From NCBI GenBank assembly GCA_030390025.1, contig CM059431.1, forward strand, positions 98,954,001-99,018,000: a stretch of DNA of 64,000 nucleotides. Reading direction: 5' to 3'. Positions within the stretch are counted from its first letter, which is position 1. Every line of letters begins with the position of its first letter. Below are positions 12,788-26,011 of this stretch, one piece after another. The stretch is from Squalus acanthias. Lineage: Eukaryota. The translations under genes and the position numbers were made by a program. The notes below the pieces were generated by a model. It was not told the origin of the DNA. It saw only the letters and a program-made list of their open reading frames with translations, and ran no database searches.

Positions 12788-14806
12788 AACATAGAAACAT
12801 AGAAGATAGGAGCAGGAGTAGGCCATTCGGCCCCTCGAGCCTGCTCCGCCATTCGATGAGATCATGGCTGATCATCCAAACTCAGTACCCTGTACCTGCC
12901 TTCTCCCCATATCCCTTGATACCTTTAGCTTTAAGAAATATATCTAACTCATTCTTGAATATATTTAATGACTTGGCCTCAACTACTTTCTGTGGTAGAG
13001 AATTCCACAGGTTCACCACTCTCTGGGTGAAGAAATTCTTCCTCATTTCTGTCCTAAATGGCTTACCCCTTATCCATAGATTATGACCCCTGGTTCTGGA
13101 CTCTCCGACCATCGGGAACATTCTTCCTGCATCTAGTTTGTCCAGACCTGTCAGAATTTTACATGTTTCGATGAGATCCCCTCTCATTCTTCTATACTCC
13201 AGCGAGTATCAACCCAATCTCTCCTCATATGTCATTCCTGCCATCCCAGGTATCAGCCTTGTGAATCTTCGCTGAACTCCTTCCATGGCAAGAACATCCT
13301 TCCTCAGATAAGGCGACCAAAACTGCACACAGTACTCAAGGTGTGGTCTCACCAAGGCCCTGTACAACTGCAGCAGGACATCCGTGTTCCTATACTCAAA
13401 CCCTTTCGCTATGAAGGCCAACATACCATTTGCCTTCTTCACCGCCTGCTGCACCTGCATGCTTACCTTCAGCGACTGGTGCACAAGGACACCCAGGTCT
13501 CGTTGCACTTCCCCTTCTCCCAATCTATTGCCATTCAGATAATAGTCTGCCTTTCTGTTTTTGACACCAAAGTGGATAACCTCGCATTTATCCACGTTAT
13601 ATTGCATCTGCCACGCTTCTGCCCACTCACCCAACCTGTCCAAATCATCCTGGAGTTTCTCGGTATCCTCCTCACAGCACACACGCCCACCCAGCTTTGT
13701 GTCATCTGCAAACTTGGAGATATTACATTTAGTTCCCTTATCTAGATCATTAATGTATATTGTGAATAGCTGGGGTCCAAGGACCGATCCCTGCGGTACC
13801 CCACTAGTCACTGCCTGCCACTCAGAAAAAGACCCATTAATTCCTACTCTCTGCTTTCTGTCTGCCAACCAGTTCTCTATCCAAGTCAATACCTTGCCCC
13901 CAATCCCATGTGCCTTAACTTTACACGCTAATCTCTTATGCGGGACCTTATCGAAAGCCTTTTGAAAGTCCAAATACACCACATCTACTGGTTCTCCCTT
14001 ATCTATTTTCCCAGTTATATCCTCAAAAAATTCCAGTAGATTAGTCAAGCATGATTTACCTTTTGTAAATCCATGTTGACTTTGTCCGATCCTGTCACTG
14101 TTTTTCAAGTGCTCAGCTATTATATCCTTTATAATGAACTCCGGCATTTTCCCCACTACCGATGTCAGGCTTACCGGTCTGTAATTCCCCGCTTTCTCTC
14201 TACCACCCTTTTTGAATAGTGGGGTAACATTAGCTACCCTCCAATCCATGGGTACAGTTCCAGATTCCATCAAATGTTGGAAGATGATCAGTAATGCATC
14301 TACTATTTCTAGGGCCACTTCCTTAAGTACCCTAGGATGTAGATTATCAGGCCCATGGGATTTATCGGCCTTCAATCCTGTCAATTTCCCTAACACCATT
14401 TCCCTGCAAATACTGATTTCTTTCAGTTCCTCCCTTTCATCAGACCCTATGTTCTCCAACATCTCTGGGAGGTTATTTGTGTCCTCCTTTGTGAAGACAG
14501 AACCAAAATATGCATTTAATTGGTCTGCCATTTCTTTGTTCCCCATTATAACTTCCCCCGCTTCTGACTGCAAGGGACCTACACTTGATTTCACTAATCT
14601 TTTTCTCTTCACATATCTATAAAAGCTCTTACAGTCAGTTTTTATGTTCCCTGCAAGCTTACTTTCATATTCTATTTTCCCCTTCTTAATTAATCCCTTT
14701 GTCCTATCCTAAACTGCTCTCAATCCTCAGGGTTACCGCCTTTTCTGGCCAATTTATATGCCCTCTCCTTGGATCTTATGCTATCCCTAATTTCCCTTGT
14801 TAGCCA
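12788..14806 (-). mobile_element. Young CR1 LINE, 5'-truncated, long open RT frame
   Basis: 467-aa ORF 13209-14612 with LDFQKAFDKV, GVPQGSVLGP and FADD; (TTTCTATG)n tail. Confidence 0.96.
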
Positions 14807-15446
14807 GTGTCACCTCAAGACATCTGCAGGGCAGCCCCTCATCGCAGAGCCCACTAGGCCAGTTTTTACCTCTCGCCTGAATGCTCAGACTGCAGCCATA
14901 TGCACCTTGGGCTACAATGTCACTTCCTCCTTTGACAGGACAGAGCCATCAATCGTGGTTTCAATAATACATGACATAGGAACGGGAAGAGGCCATCCAA
15001 TCCCTCGAGCATGTTCTGCCATTCAATTAGATCATGGCTGATCTGCACCTCAACTCCATTTACCCGCCTTTGCTCCATACCCCTTGATACTATTACCCAA
15101 CAAAAATCTATCTCTCTCAGTCTTGGAAGCTTGAATCATCCCCCAGCACCCACATCCTTTTGGGGGGTGAGTTCCAGATTTCTACTACCCTTAATGTGGA
15201 AAAGTTCTTCAAGATTTCACTCCTGAATGACCTAGCTCTAATTTTAAGATTTGCCAAAGACTATTTCATCAAGGTGAGGACCCTTTACCTGGATGGGGCA
15301 AACCGTGACATCACAGGGCAAGCTTCACCTTCACACTACGCATCACAGTGATATCAAACGTCACAATAGGTTTATAAACTGGGTCAATTTGAGGCAGGAG
15401 ACTGCACAGCCAGTTTAAGTGAAGGGAAAGGGAGCTACACAGGCTG

Positions 15447-15716
15447 ATTAAAGCAATGGGATCAGATCCCCGTGAATTAAAGCAATGGGATCAGATCCCC
15501 GTGAATTAAAGCAATGGGATCAGATCCCCGTGAATTAAAGCAATGGGATCAGATCCCCGTGAATTAAAGGAATGGGATCAGATCCCCGTGAATTAAAGGA
15601 ATGGGATCAGATCCCCGTGAATTAAAGGAATGGGATCAGATCCCCGTGAATTAAAGCAATGGGATCAGATCCCCGTGAATTAAAGCAATGGGATCAGATC
15701 CCAGGGAATTAAAGGA
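15447..15716. repeat. 29-bp minisatellite, 9 units plus a partial unit
   Basis: Unit ATTAAAG(C/G)AATGGGATCAGATCCCCGTGA, head to tail. Confidence 0.95.
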
Positions 15717-16339
15717 TGTTACAATTGGCACTTTAAAAAAAAGATTAGAACAGTTTTTGTTCAAGCTGTAATGACAACTCTGGACAACCCACCGAAAGGT
15801 TTCAAGTCATCTACCCCTAAAGGTAATTTAAGGATGTTATAAGATTCAAGAAATGCTTTTTTCTTCAACAGCTCAATAATATTGTGTACGACATTCATAA
15901 CCATGAACATCAAATTTTTCCGGCAGCTGGTATATTGTATATAGCCTGCAAATGAGTTGGAGAAGTTAGAAGAATATATATTTTAAAAAGGCAAAAACAG
16001 AAACACTCAGCAGGTCAGGTAGCATCTGTGGAGAGAAACAGAGTTAACGTCTCAGGTATGAACCTTAAATCAGAACTGGACATGTTGATGCATAGAACAG
16101 GGATGTTTAATCCATGGCTCTAGGCCCACTTCCATCTCTGGACCCTGGAAATCCAGCCCTCAAAGCCCGGAATAACTCAGTGTGATGGGGGGAGGGATCT
16201 ACAAGAAATGAAACCTGCCGAAATATAAACAAAACAGGAAAGGAGAGCATAGGAAAGAATAAAGTAAGGGAGGACATTGATGGCCACGGAATAAATAGAG
16301 TTATAGAATTTAAAAAGATGGTTAAAAATAAAGTGAGAG

Positions 16340-19085
16340 GAACTGCTATTAAAAATGTGTTAAACTGACTGCACAGCAATGCACAGTGTCCGTAATAAAA
16401 CAGGGGAGCTGCAGGCAACCATGCGTTGCAAGGAACCAGACATAGTAGGGATTACTGAGACATGGCTACAGAAAAATCAGGAATTGAACATTGCAGGGTA
16501 TAACATATTTAGAAAAGATAGAGAGGGAAAAAAGGGAGGTGGAGTAGCTGTACTTATTAAGGATAACATAATGGCAGTGCAAAAAAGGGACGTAGATATC
16601 AGCAAGACAAAAATAGAATCCATATGGATAGAGATAAAAGATAATAAAGGATCAAACACACTAATACAGCTAGACTACAGACCACCTAATAGTGGAAGGG
16701 AGGTGGAGGAAGAAATATGCAAACAAATTAAGGAAATGAATAAAAAACATAGAATAATAATCATGGGGGGATTTCAACTACCCCGATATTAATTTGACAG
16801 AAGAGGTAGGTAAAGGGGATAAGGGAATGGAGTTCCTACAATGTGTACAGAACTCCTTTCTAACCCAATATGTAAAAAGCCCAACAAGAGAGGATTCGCT
16901 ATTGGATCTAGTAATGAAGAATGAACCAGAGCAGATAAGAGAAGTAAAAGTAGGGGAATATCTAGGCAATAGTGACCATAATATAATAAGTTTTAAGATC
17001 ATAATTGAAAAGGACATAAGTATGATGAAGACCAAGGTAATAGATTGGAGAAAAGCTGATTTTGATGGGCTGAGAATAGAACTTGGGAAAATAAAATGGA
17101 CAATGATATTGGCAAACAATGACACAGAACAGCAATGGGAAACATTTAAAACGGTGTTCAAGAGTCCAGGAAAAATATATTCCGCTAAAAAACAAGAACA
17201 AGCTAAACACTAATGAGACACAATGGATGAATAAAGACACAAGGGAAAAATTGAGGGTAAGTACATGGACAGCAGGGGAGAGCATGATAAGAGAAAATAT
17301 GAAGAGATTAGGAGAGAAGTCAAAAAAACAATTACAAAGGCAAAAAGGAACTATGAAATTAAATTATCAAGGAACATAAAACAAAATAGTAAAATATTTT
17401 ACAGGCACATCAATAAAAAAGGGAGGTCAGGATGGGAATAGGACTACTAAGGGATGGACAAAATAATACCACAGGCAGCGACAGAGAGATGGCAGAAATA
17501 TTAAATAATTACTTTGCTTCAGTATTTACCAGGGAGATAGAACAGATGGACATGACATCAGATGATGAGATTATTAATGAGATAAGTGCATTTAAAATGA
17601 AAAGAGGAGATATACAAAATAAACTAATCAAACTCAAAGAGGATAAAACCTCTGGTAGGGACGGATTACATCCGCGCATTTTAAACATTCTAGGGAGGAG
17701 ATAACAGAGGCATTACTACACATATTTAATAATTTATTAGAAAAAGGTATAGTGCCAGAGGACTGGTAGATAGCTAACATAATTCCTATATTTAAGAAGG
17801 GAGATCGAACATGTCCAGGGAACTATAGACTAGTCAGCTTAACATCGGTGGTAGGAAAAATAATGGAATCCCTACTAAATGAGAAAACAGAAGAACATCT
17901 AGAAACCAAAACTATAATAATGGATAGTCAGCATGATTTTCAAAAGGGAAAGTCTTGCTTGACCAACCTCATTGAATTTTTTGAAAAGATAATAGAGAGA
18001 GTGGACAAGGGTAATGCAGTAAATATAAATTATCTAGATTTCCAAAAGGCCTTCGATAAGGAACCACAAAATAGACTAATGAATAAAGTCAGAGAATGTG
18101 GAGTCAGGGGACAAGTAGCACTGTTGTTCACAATTTATATTAACGATTTAGACTTTGGAATACAAAACATAATTTCTAAATTTGTGGATGACACCAAATT
18201 GGGGGGATAGTCAATACTGAGGAGGACTGTAACAAATTACAGGAGGACATTAATAAACTTGCAGAATGGGCATATAATTGGCAAATGAATTTCAACACAG
18301 ATAAATGTGAGGTATTACATTTTTGTAGGAAGAATAGGGAGGTCACTTATTACTTGGAGAGTGCAGGTGTGGGTGGGGTAGGGGAGCAAAGGGATCTCGG
18401 AGTGCAAATACACAAATCACTAAAAGTAGTGGCACAGGTTAACAAGGCCATAAAAAAAGCAAACCAAACACTAGGGTTTATTTCTAGAGGGATAGAATTG
18501 AAAAGTATTGAAGTTATGCTAAACTTGCATCGAACCTTGGTTAGACCACATTTGGAGTACTGAGTACAAATTCTGGTCGCCATATTATAAAAAGGATATA
18601 GAGGCACGGGAGAGGGTGCAGAGAAGATTTACAAGGATGATACCAGAAATGCGAGGGTATACCTATCTGGAAAGGATGAACAGGCTGGGTCTCTTTTCTC
18701 TTGAAAAAAGAAGGCTGAGGGGTGACCTAATAAAGGTCTTTAAAATTATGAAAGGTTTTGATAGAGTGGATACAGAGAGAATGTTTCCACTTGTGGGAAA
18801 GAGCATAACCAGAGGCCATCAATATGAGATAGTCACCAAGAAATCAACTTCTTTACCCAGAGAGTGGTGAGAATGTGGAACTCGTTACCACAGGGAGTGG
18901 TTGAAGCGAATAGTATCGATGCATTTAAGGGGCGGTTAGATGAGCGTATGAGGGAGAAGGGAATAGAGGGTTATGCTGATAGAGTGAGATGAGGAAAGAC
19001 GGGAGGAGGCTGGAGTGGAGCATAAACGCCGGCATGGACTGGTTGGGCCGAAAGGCCTGTTTCTGTGCTGTATATCCTATGTAAT
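16340..19085 (+). mobile_element. Degenerate CR1 covering most of ORF2 (APE endonuclease + RT) and the 3' UTR
   Basis: DIVGITETWL, KKGGGVAVLIK, YRPP, LGNSDHNII, YLDFQKAFDK, FVDD; many stops and frameshifts. Confidence 0.93.
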
Positions 19086-19409
19086 CGTGTGTAATCATCC
19101 TTCTCGGTTCGAAAATCGTGGGCATGGAGGTTTTGAAAGGCTCTTTTTAGGGCTGCTGCCTAATTGGTGGATAAATCCTAAAGTACAACACCAAGATCTG
19201 TTGGTATCAGCGGCAACAGGGATTAAACTTGATACACGGCTCCACGGCACGTATCTTAGTTGCAATTGAAGACATCCCCAGAATGGAATATTTTAAATGA
19301 TAAAATTTAAATGATACGTACAATAGGCAGACAGGTTTCTATCTGGTTGTATGTCCTCTATTTGACTCTTAAAAACTCTGTAACTGAGAACCTTAACCTT
19401 TTCCATCTT

Positions 19410-19730
19410 CCACAGCACCTTCCAAACCCGCGACCGCTACTACCTAGAAGGACAAGGGCAGCAGGCGCATGGGAACACCACCACCTCCAATTTCCCCTCC
19501 GAGTCACACACCAACCTGACTTGGAAATATATCAGCCGTTCCTTCATCGTCGCTGGGTCAAAATCCTGGAACTCCCTCCCTAACAGCGCTGTGGGAGCAC
19601 CTTCACCACACGGACTGCAGCGGTTCAAGAAGGCGGCTCACCACCACCTTCTCAAGGGGCAACTAGGGATGGGCAATAAATGCCGGGCCTTGCCAGCGAC
19701 GCCCACATCCTGAAAACGAATTTAAAAAAA
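19410..19730 (+). mobile_element. LINE 3'-end fragment (recurrent family)
   Basis: WNSLP-type tail and 3' UTR, repeated at about 36150-36400, 44600-44830(-) and 62050-62245. Confidence 0.7.
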
Positions 19731-20244
19731 TCAGAAACTAACTGGACATCTTGCGACAAAACCAAATAGCTCCAACTGTGTTCATTCTCACTTAAGCAAT
19801 GCACTGGAGTACAGTGCCCCGTTGGGCTTGGGGCTATTGACAGTGTAACAAGTGAATAGTGAGCTCTGTGCTCTCATGAGTTGAGGATATTAATGAAACT
19901 TCAGCTCAGTTCAATCAGAGTTCAGATCTCAAGTTCCAGCTTACAGCGTTTTCCAAGTATGCAAAATGTTTGAAACTTCAAGGCGGAGGTCTCATAGTCT
20001 TAAAAAATGTTACCTGAACTTCATTTTTGTCTGAGGCATGCACGCACGCACGCAATCTTATCCGCCATAAAACCCAGCATAGCTTTTTACTTCCTCACTT
20101 AAGTGGGCTAACATCAGATGATTTGCTCTAGAGATTCATTCTCCATTGAAGGGAAAATGACTGTAATTAAAAACAATGCCTAAACTGGTATATCTTGGGC
20201 ATGCCAGAGTGTTCCAGTCCATGGTCTTCAGTGTTTAGCACTGT

Positions 20245-23200
20245 AACATAGGAACACAGGAACAGGAGGAGGCCATTCAGCCCCTCGAGCCTGTTCTGCC
20301 AGTCAATAAGATCAAGGCTGATCTGTGACCTAACTCCATATACCCGCCTTTGGCCCATATCCCTTAATACCTCTGGTTAACAAAAAGCTACCAATCTCTG
20401 ATTTAAAATTAACAATTGATCTAGCATCAATTGCCGTTTGCGGAAGAGAGTTCCAAACTTCTACCACCCTTTGTGTGTAGAAGTGTTTCCTAACTTCACT
20501 CTTGAAAGGTCTGGCTCTAATTTTTAGACTATGCCCCCTAGTCCTAGACTCCCCAACCAGCAGAAATAGTTTCTCTCTATCGACACTATCTGTTCCCCTT
20601 AATATCCTGACAACTTCGATCAGATCACCCCTTAACCGTCTAAATTCTGGGGAATACAACCCTAATTTGTGTAATCTCTCCTCACAACTTAACCCTTGAA
20701 GTCCAGGTATTATTCTGGTAAACCTACGCTACACTCCCTCCAAGGCCAATATATCCTTCCTAAGGTGTGGTGCCCAGAACTGCTCACAGTACTCCAGGGT
20801 TTTGTACAGCTGCAGCATTACGTCTGCCCCCTTGTACTCTAGTCCTCTAGATATAAAGGCCAGCATTCCATTAGCCTTTTTGATTACTTTCTGTGCTTGT
20901 TCATGACTTTTTAATGATCATCATAGAATTATAGTAATTTACAGCACAGAAGGACACCATTTGGCCCATCTTGTCCATGCCGGTCGACAAAGAGCTATCC
21001 AGCCTAATCCCACTTTCCAGCACTTGGTCCGTAGCCCTGTAGGTTATGACACTTCAAGTGCATATCCAAGTACTTTTTAAATGTGATGAGGGTTTCTGCC
21101 TCTTCCACCCTTTCAGGCAGTGAGTTCCAGACCTTCACCACCCTCTGGGTGAAAAAAATTCTCCTCAAATCCCCTCTAAACCTCCTACCAATTGCTTTAA
21201 ATCAATACCCCCTGGTTATTGACCCTTCTATTAATGGAAATAGATCCTTCCTATCCACTCTATCTAGGCCCCTCATAATTTTATACACCTCAATTAGGTC
21301 TCCCCTCAGCCTCCTCTGTTCCAAAGAAAACAACCCCAGCCTATCCAATCTTTCCTCATAGCTAAAATTCCCCAGCCCAGGTAACATCCTCGTAAATCTC
21401 CTCTGTACCCTCTCTATAGTGCAATTACATCCTTCCTGTAATGTGGTGACCAGAACTGCACGCAGTATTCTAGCTGCGGCCTAACTAGTGTTTTATACAG
21501 TTCAAGCATAATCTCCCTGCTCTTATATTCTATGCCTCGGCTAATAAAGGCAAGCATCCCGCATGACTTCTTAATCACCTTATCTACCTGTCCTGCTACC
21601 TTGAGGGATGTGTGGACATGCACTCCAAGGTCCCTCTGATCCTCTGCACTTCTCAATGTCCTACCATTTATTGTGTATTCCCTTGCCTTGTTAGCCCTCC
21701 CCAAATGCATTACCTCACACTTCTCTGGATTGAATTGCATTTGCCACTGTTCTGCCCACCTGACCAGTCCATTGATATCTTCCTGCAGTCTACAGTTTTC
21801 TTCATTATCAACCACACGGCCAATTTTTGTATCATCTGCAAACTTCGCTGAACTCCTTCCATGGCAAGAACATCCTTCCTTATCTGAGGAAGGATGTTCT
21901 TGCCATGGAAGGAGTTCAGCGAGGATTCACAAGGCTGATACCTGGGATGGCAGGAATGACATATGAGGAGAGATTGGGTCGATTGGGCTTATACTCGCTG
22001 GAGTATAGAAGAATGAGAGGGGATCTCATTGAAACATATAAAATTCTGACAGGTCTGGACAAACTAGATGCAGGAAGAATGTTCCCGATGGTCAGAGAGT
22101 CCAGAACCAGGGGTCATAATCTAAGGATAAGGGGTAAGCCATTTAGGACAGAAATGAGGAAGAATTTCTTCACCCAGAGAGTGGTGAACCTGTGGAATTC
22201 TCTACCACAGAAGGTAGTTGAGGCCAAGTCATTAAATATATTCAAGAATGAGTTAGATATATTTCTTAAAGCTAAAGGTATCAAGGGATATGGGGAGAAG
22301 GCAGGTACAGGGTACTGAGTTTGAATGATCAGCCATGATCTCATCGAATGGCGGAGCAGGCTCGAGGGGCCGAATGGCCTACTCCTGCTCCTATCTTCTA
22401 TGTTTCTATGTTTCTATGTTAATCATACTTCCTACATTCAAGTCCAAATCATTGATATATACCACAAAAAGCAAAGGACCCAGTACTGAGCCCTGCGGAA
22501 CCCCACTGGAAACAGCCTTCCAGTCACAAAAACACCCTTCGACCATTACCCTTTGTTTCCTGCCTCTGAGCCAATTTTGGATCCAACTTGCCACTTTGCC
22601 TTGGATCCCATGGGCTTTTACTTTCGTGACCAGTCTGCCATGCGGGACCTTATCAAAAAAGCCTTGCTAAAATCCATACAGACTACATCAAACGCACTAC
22701 CCTCATCGACCCTCCTTGTTACCTCCTCAAACAATTCAGTCAAGTTAGTCAGACACGACCTTCCCATAACAAATCCATGCTGACTGTTCCTGATTAAACC
22801 GTGTCTTTCTAAATGAAGATTTATCCTGTCCTTCAGAATTTTTTCCCACCACCGAGGTTAGGCTGACTGGCCTGTAATTACTTGGTCTATCCCTTTTTCC
22901 CTTTTTAAACAAGGGTACCACGTTTGCAGTCCTCCGGCACCACACCTGTAGCCAGAGGATTGGAAATGATGGTCAGAGCCTCTGCTATTTCCTCTCTTAC
23001 TTCTCTTAACAGCCTGGGATACATTTCATCCGGGTCTTGGGATTTATCCACTTTCAAAGATGCTAAACCCCTTAATACTTCCTCTTGATCTATGTACCTG
23101 AACCCCCAAGTCTCTGTGGATATCCACTGATTTTAGCTTTTTACCATTTAGAAAGTATCCTGTTCTATCCTTTTTAGGTCCAAAGTGGATGACCTATACT

Positions 23201-23750
23201 GAGTCTTTGAGTATATTCAAGGCTGAGATCGATAGATTTTTGGACTCTAGGGGAATCAAGGGATATGGAGATCAGACGGGAAAGTGGAGTTGAGGTCGAT
23301 GATCAGCCATGATCTTATTGAATGGCGGAGCAGGCTTGAGGGGCCGTATGGCCGACTCCTGCTCCTATTTCTTATGTTCTTATGACCTCGCATTTGCTTA
23401 CATTGAAATCCATTTGCCACAGTTTTGCCCATTCACTTAATCTGTCAATATCCCTTTGTAATTTTATGTTTCATCTACACTGCCTACAATGCCACCTATC
23501 TTTGTGTCATTGGCAAATTTGGATATATGACTTTCTATGCCATCATCTAAGTCGTTAAGAAATATTGTGAATAGTTGAGGCCCCAACACAGATCCCTGCG
23601 GGACACCACTAGTCACATCCTGCCAATTTGAGTACCTACCCATTATCCCCACTCTCTGTCTCCTGCCACTCAGCCAATTTCCTAACCAGGTCAATAATTT
23701 GCCTTCAACTCCGTGGGCTTCTACCTTAGATAACAGTCTCTTATGTGGGA
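20245..23750 (-). mobile_element. Nested CR1 cluster: outer copy 20245-20919 + 23087-23750; inner copies 20920-23086(-), 21845-22417(+), 23196-23381(+)
   Basis: CR1 RT peptides in several ORFs; host sequence resumes across each insert; TSD ATGACCT at 23189-23195/23382-23388. Confidence 0.88.
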
Positions 23751-24766
23751 GGGGTGGAGGGAGTAGGAAGTGTCTAGTCATAATGCTCCAACCACCATGA
23801 GAGTGGAGCAGGTTTGATGGACCAGCTTTTCCTGTCCGTCATTTTCGTATGTTCGTAAAGGGGTGGTTTGAAGACTTCTCCATCCCTCCCTTTTCCAAAT
23901 AGAAACACTCTATTTGGTCATCCGATAATTGAAGCAAAAATATGGCCTGTGCCTACCTTTAATATGTCGCGCTGTCATTGGGGAAGTGTCATTCTCTGTC
24001 ACTTTTTCCATATGAATTTAGAAAGTTCCATGGCTATATCAGTAAAAAATGATCAGAAAGGAACCTCGGAGCTAAGTATTCACCTTAAAAGAAGTATTGG
24101 TTCATCTGGTCAGATCACACTCAGAGATGAAAGAGTTAGCAATGAGCCAAGGCTGACACTAAGTAACCTGCAACAGTCACGTTTTACACCATAAGAATCA
24201 TAGAATTATAGAATGGTTACAGCACAGAAGGAGGCCATTTGGCCCGTCGAGCCCGTGCCGGCTCTCTGCAAGAGCACCTCAGCTAGTCCCACTCCCTCGC
24301 CCTTTCCCCGTAGCCCTACAATTTTTTTTCATTCAGGTACTTATCCAATTCCCTTTACTTCTTCTTCTTCTTTCGTATGGTAGTAGCAAAGCAAATCAAT
24401 GTCAATATCTAAGTCAGATATCCAGGCCAAAGCTTCCGGTGTAAAATTCCCTTTTGAAAGCCGTGATTGAGTCTGCCTCCACCATCCTTTCAGGCAGTGC
24501 ATTCCAGATCCTAACCACTTGCTGCGTAAAAAAGTTTTTCCTCATGTCGCCTTTGGTTCTTTTGTCAATCACCTTAAATCTGTGTCCTCTGGTTCTCGAC
24601 CCTTCCGCCAATGGGAACAGTTTCTCTCTATCGATTCTGTCCAGACCCCTCATGATTTTGAACACCTCAATCAAATCTCTCAACCTTCTCTGCTCTAAGG
24701 AGAACAACCCCAGCTTCTCCAGTCTATCCATGTAACTGAAGTCCCTCATCCCTGGAACCATTCTTT

Positions 24767-25014
24767 TCACAGAATTCACAGAATCCCCACAATGCAGATA
24801 GAGGCCATTTCGGCCCATCGAGCCTGCACCGACACATAGCCCACCCTATCCCCGTAACCCCATGTATTTAGTCCCCCTAACACTAAGGGTCAATTTATCA
24901 TAGCCAAATCAACCTAACCCGCACATCTTTGGTCTGTGGGAGGAAACCGGAGCACCCGGAGGAAACCCACGCAGACACGGGGAGAATGTGCAAACTCCAC
25001 ACAGACAGTCACCG
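24767..25014 (-). mobile_element. HE1/V-SINE-like SINE, 5'-truncated
   Basis: Reverse complement nearly matches the full copy at 60152-60470. Confidence 0.85.
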
Positions 25015-25187
25015 ACACAATACTCCAGTTGAGGCCGAACCAGTGTTTTATAACGGTTCATCATAACGTTCTTGCTTTTGTACTCTATGCCTCTATTTAT
25101 GAAGCGGAGATGCCGGTGTTGGACTGGGGTGGACAAAATTGAGAGGTCGCACAACACCAGGTTATAGTCCAACAGTTTTATTTGAAA

Positions 25188-25225
25188 TCACAAGCTTTCG
25201 GAGCTATCGCTCCTTCCTCAGGTGA
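25188..25225 (-). ncRNA. Minimal type I hammerhead ribozyme motif (minus-strand copy)
   Basis: Exact reverse complement of 25974-26011. Confidence 0.78.
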
Positions 25226-25973
25226 AGTAAATTGGATACAGAATCGCCAGAGCATATATAGATGGAAAAAAAAGCATGTGTACTTTACAATTGCAGACCA
25301 ATAAATTAAATCATCCTGACTATCTGCCGAGGTGTGATAAAGTTAATTAAGTCAGCCAGGAAGGTACCACATCAAAAGACATAGCAAGATACAACTGAGA
25401 CAATGAGGTGTAGTCGCAGGGGTTCCAACGTGTCAAAAGCTGCCGTCTGTATGTAAAACGAAAAGCTTTAAAAAAAATTTACTTTTTTACTGGGAAAATT
25501 TTTACTTTTTTACTGGGAATCACATCTGTAAACAAGCTAACGACGACTCGAGTCCGGATCACGTCATGATAGCCAAGTTCCGCACTCATGAAGACGGTCT
25601 CAATCGGGATCTTGGGTTTATGTCACGATACATGACGTGATCCGGACTCGAGTCGTCGTTAGCTTGTTCACAGATGTGATTCCCAGTAAAAAAGTAAAAA
25701 TTTTCCCAGTAAAAAAGTAAATTTTTTTTAAAGCTTTTCGTTTTACATACAGACGGCAGCTTTTGACACGTTGGAACCCCTGCGACTACACCTCATTGTC
25801 TCAGTTGTATCTTGCTATGTCTTTTGATGTGGTACCTTCCTGGCTGACTTAATTAACTTTATCACACCTCGGCAGATAGTCAGGATGATTTAATTTATTG
25901 GTCTGCAATTGTAAAGTACACATGCTTTTTTTTCCATCTATATATGCTCTGGCGATTCTGTATCCAATTTACT

Positions 25974-26011
25974 TCACCTGAGGAAGGAGCGATAGCTCCG
26001 AAAGCTTGTGA
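25974..26011 (+). ncRNA. Minimal type I hammerhead ribozyme motif
   Basis: TCAC-CTGAGGA-A-GGAGC(GATA)GCTCC-GAAA-GC-TT-GTGA: conserved core, perfect stems I and II, palindromic AGCT stem III. Confidence 0.8.

Noticed and set aside
13209..14612. Functional RT gene or retron-like system
   Set aside because: 5'-truncated CR1 lacking the endonuclease and promoter, with a frameshift near the C-terminus
15447..15716. CRISPR-like 29-bp palindromic repeats
   Set aside because: No spacers, no cas genes, vertebrate context; a plain tandem repeat
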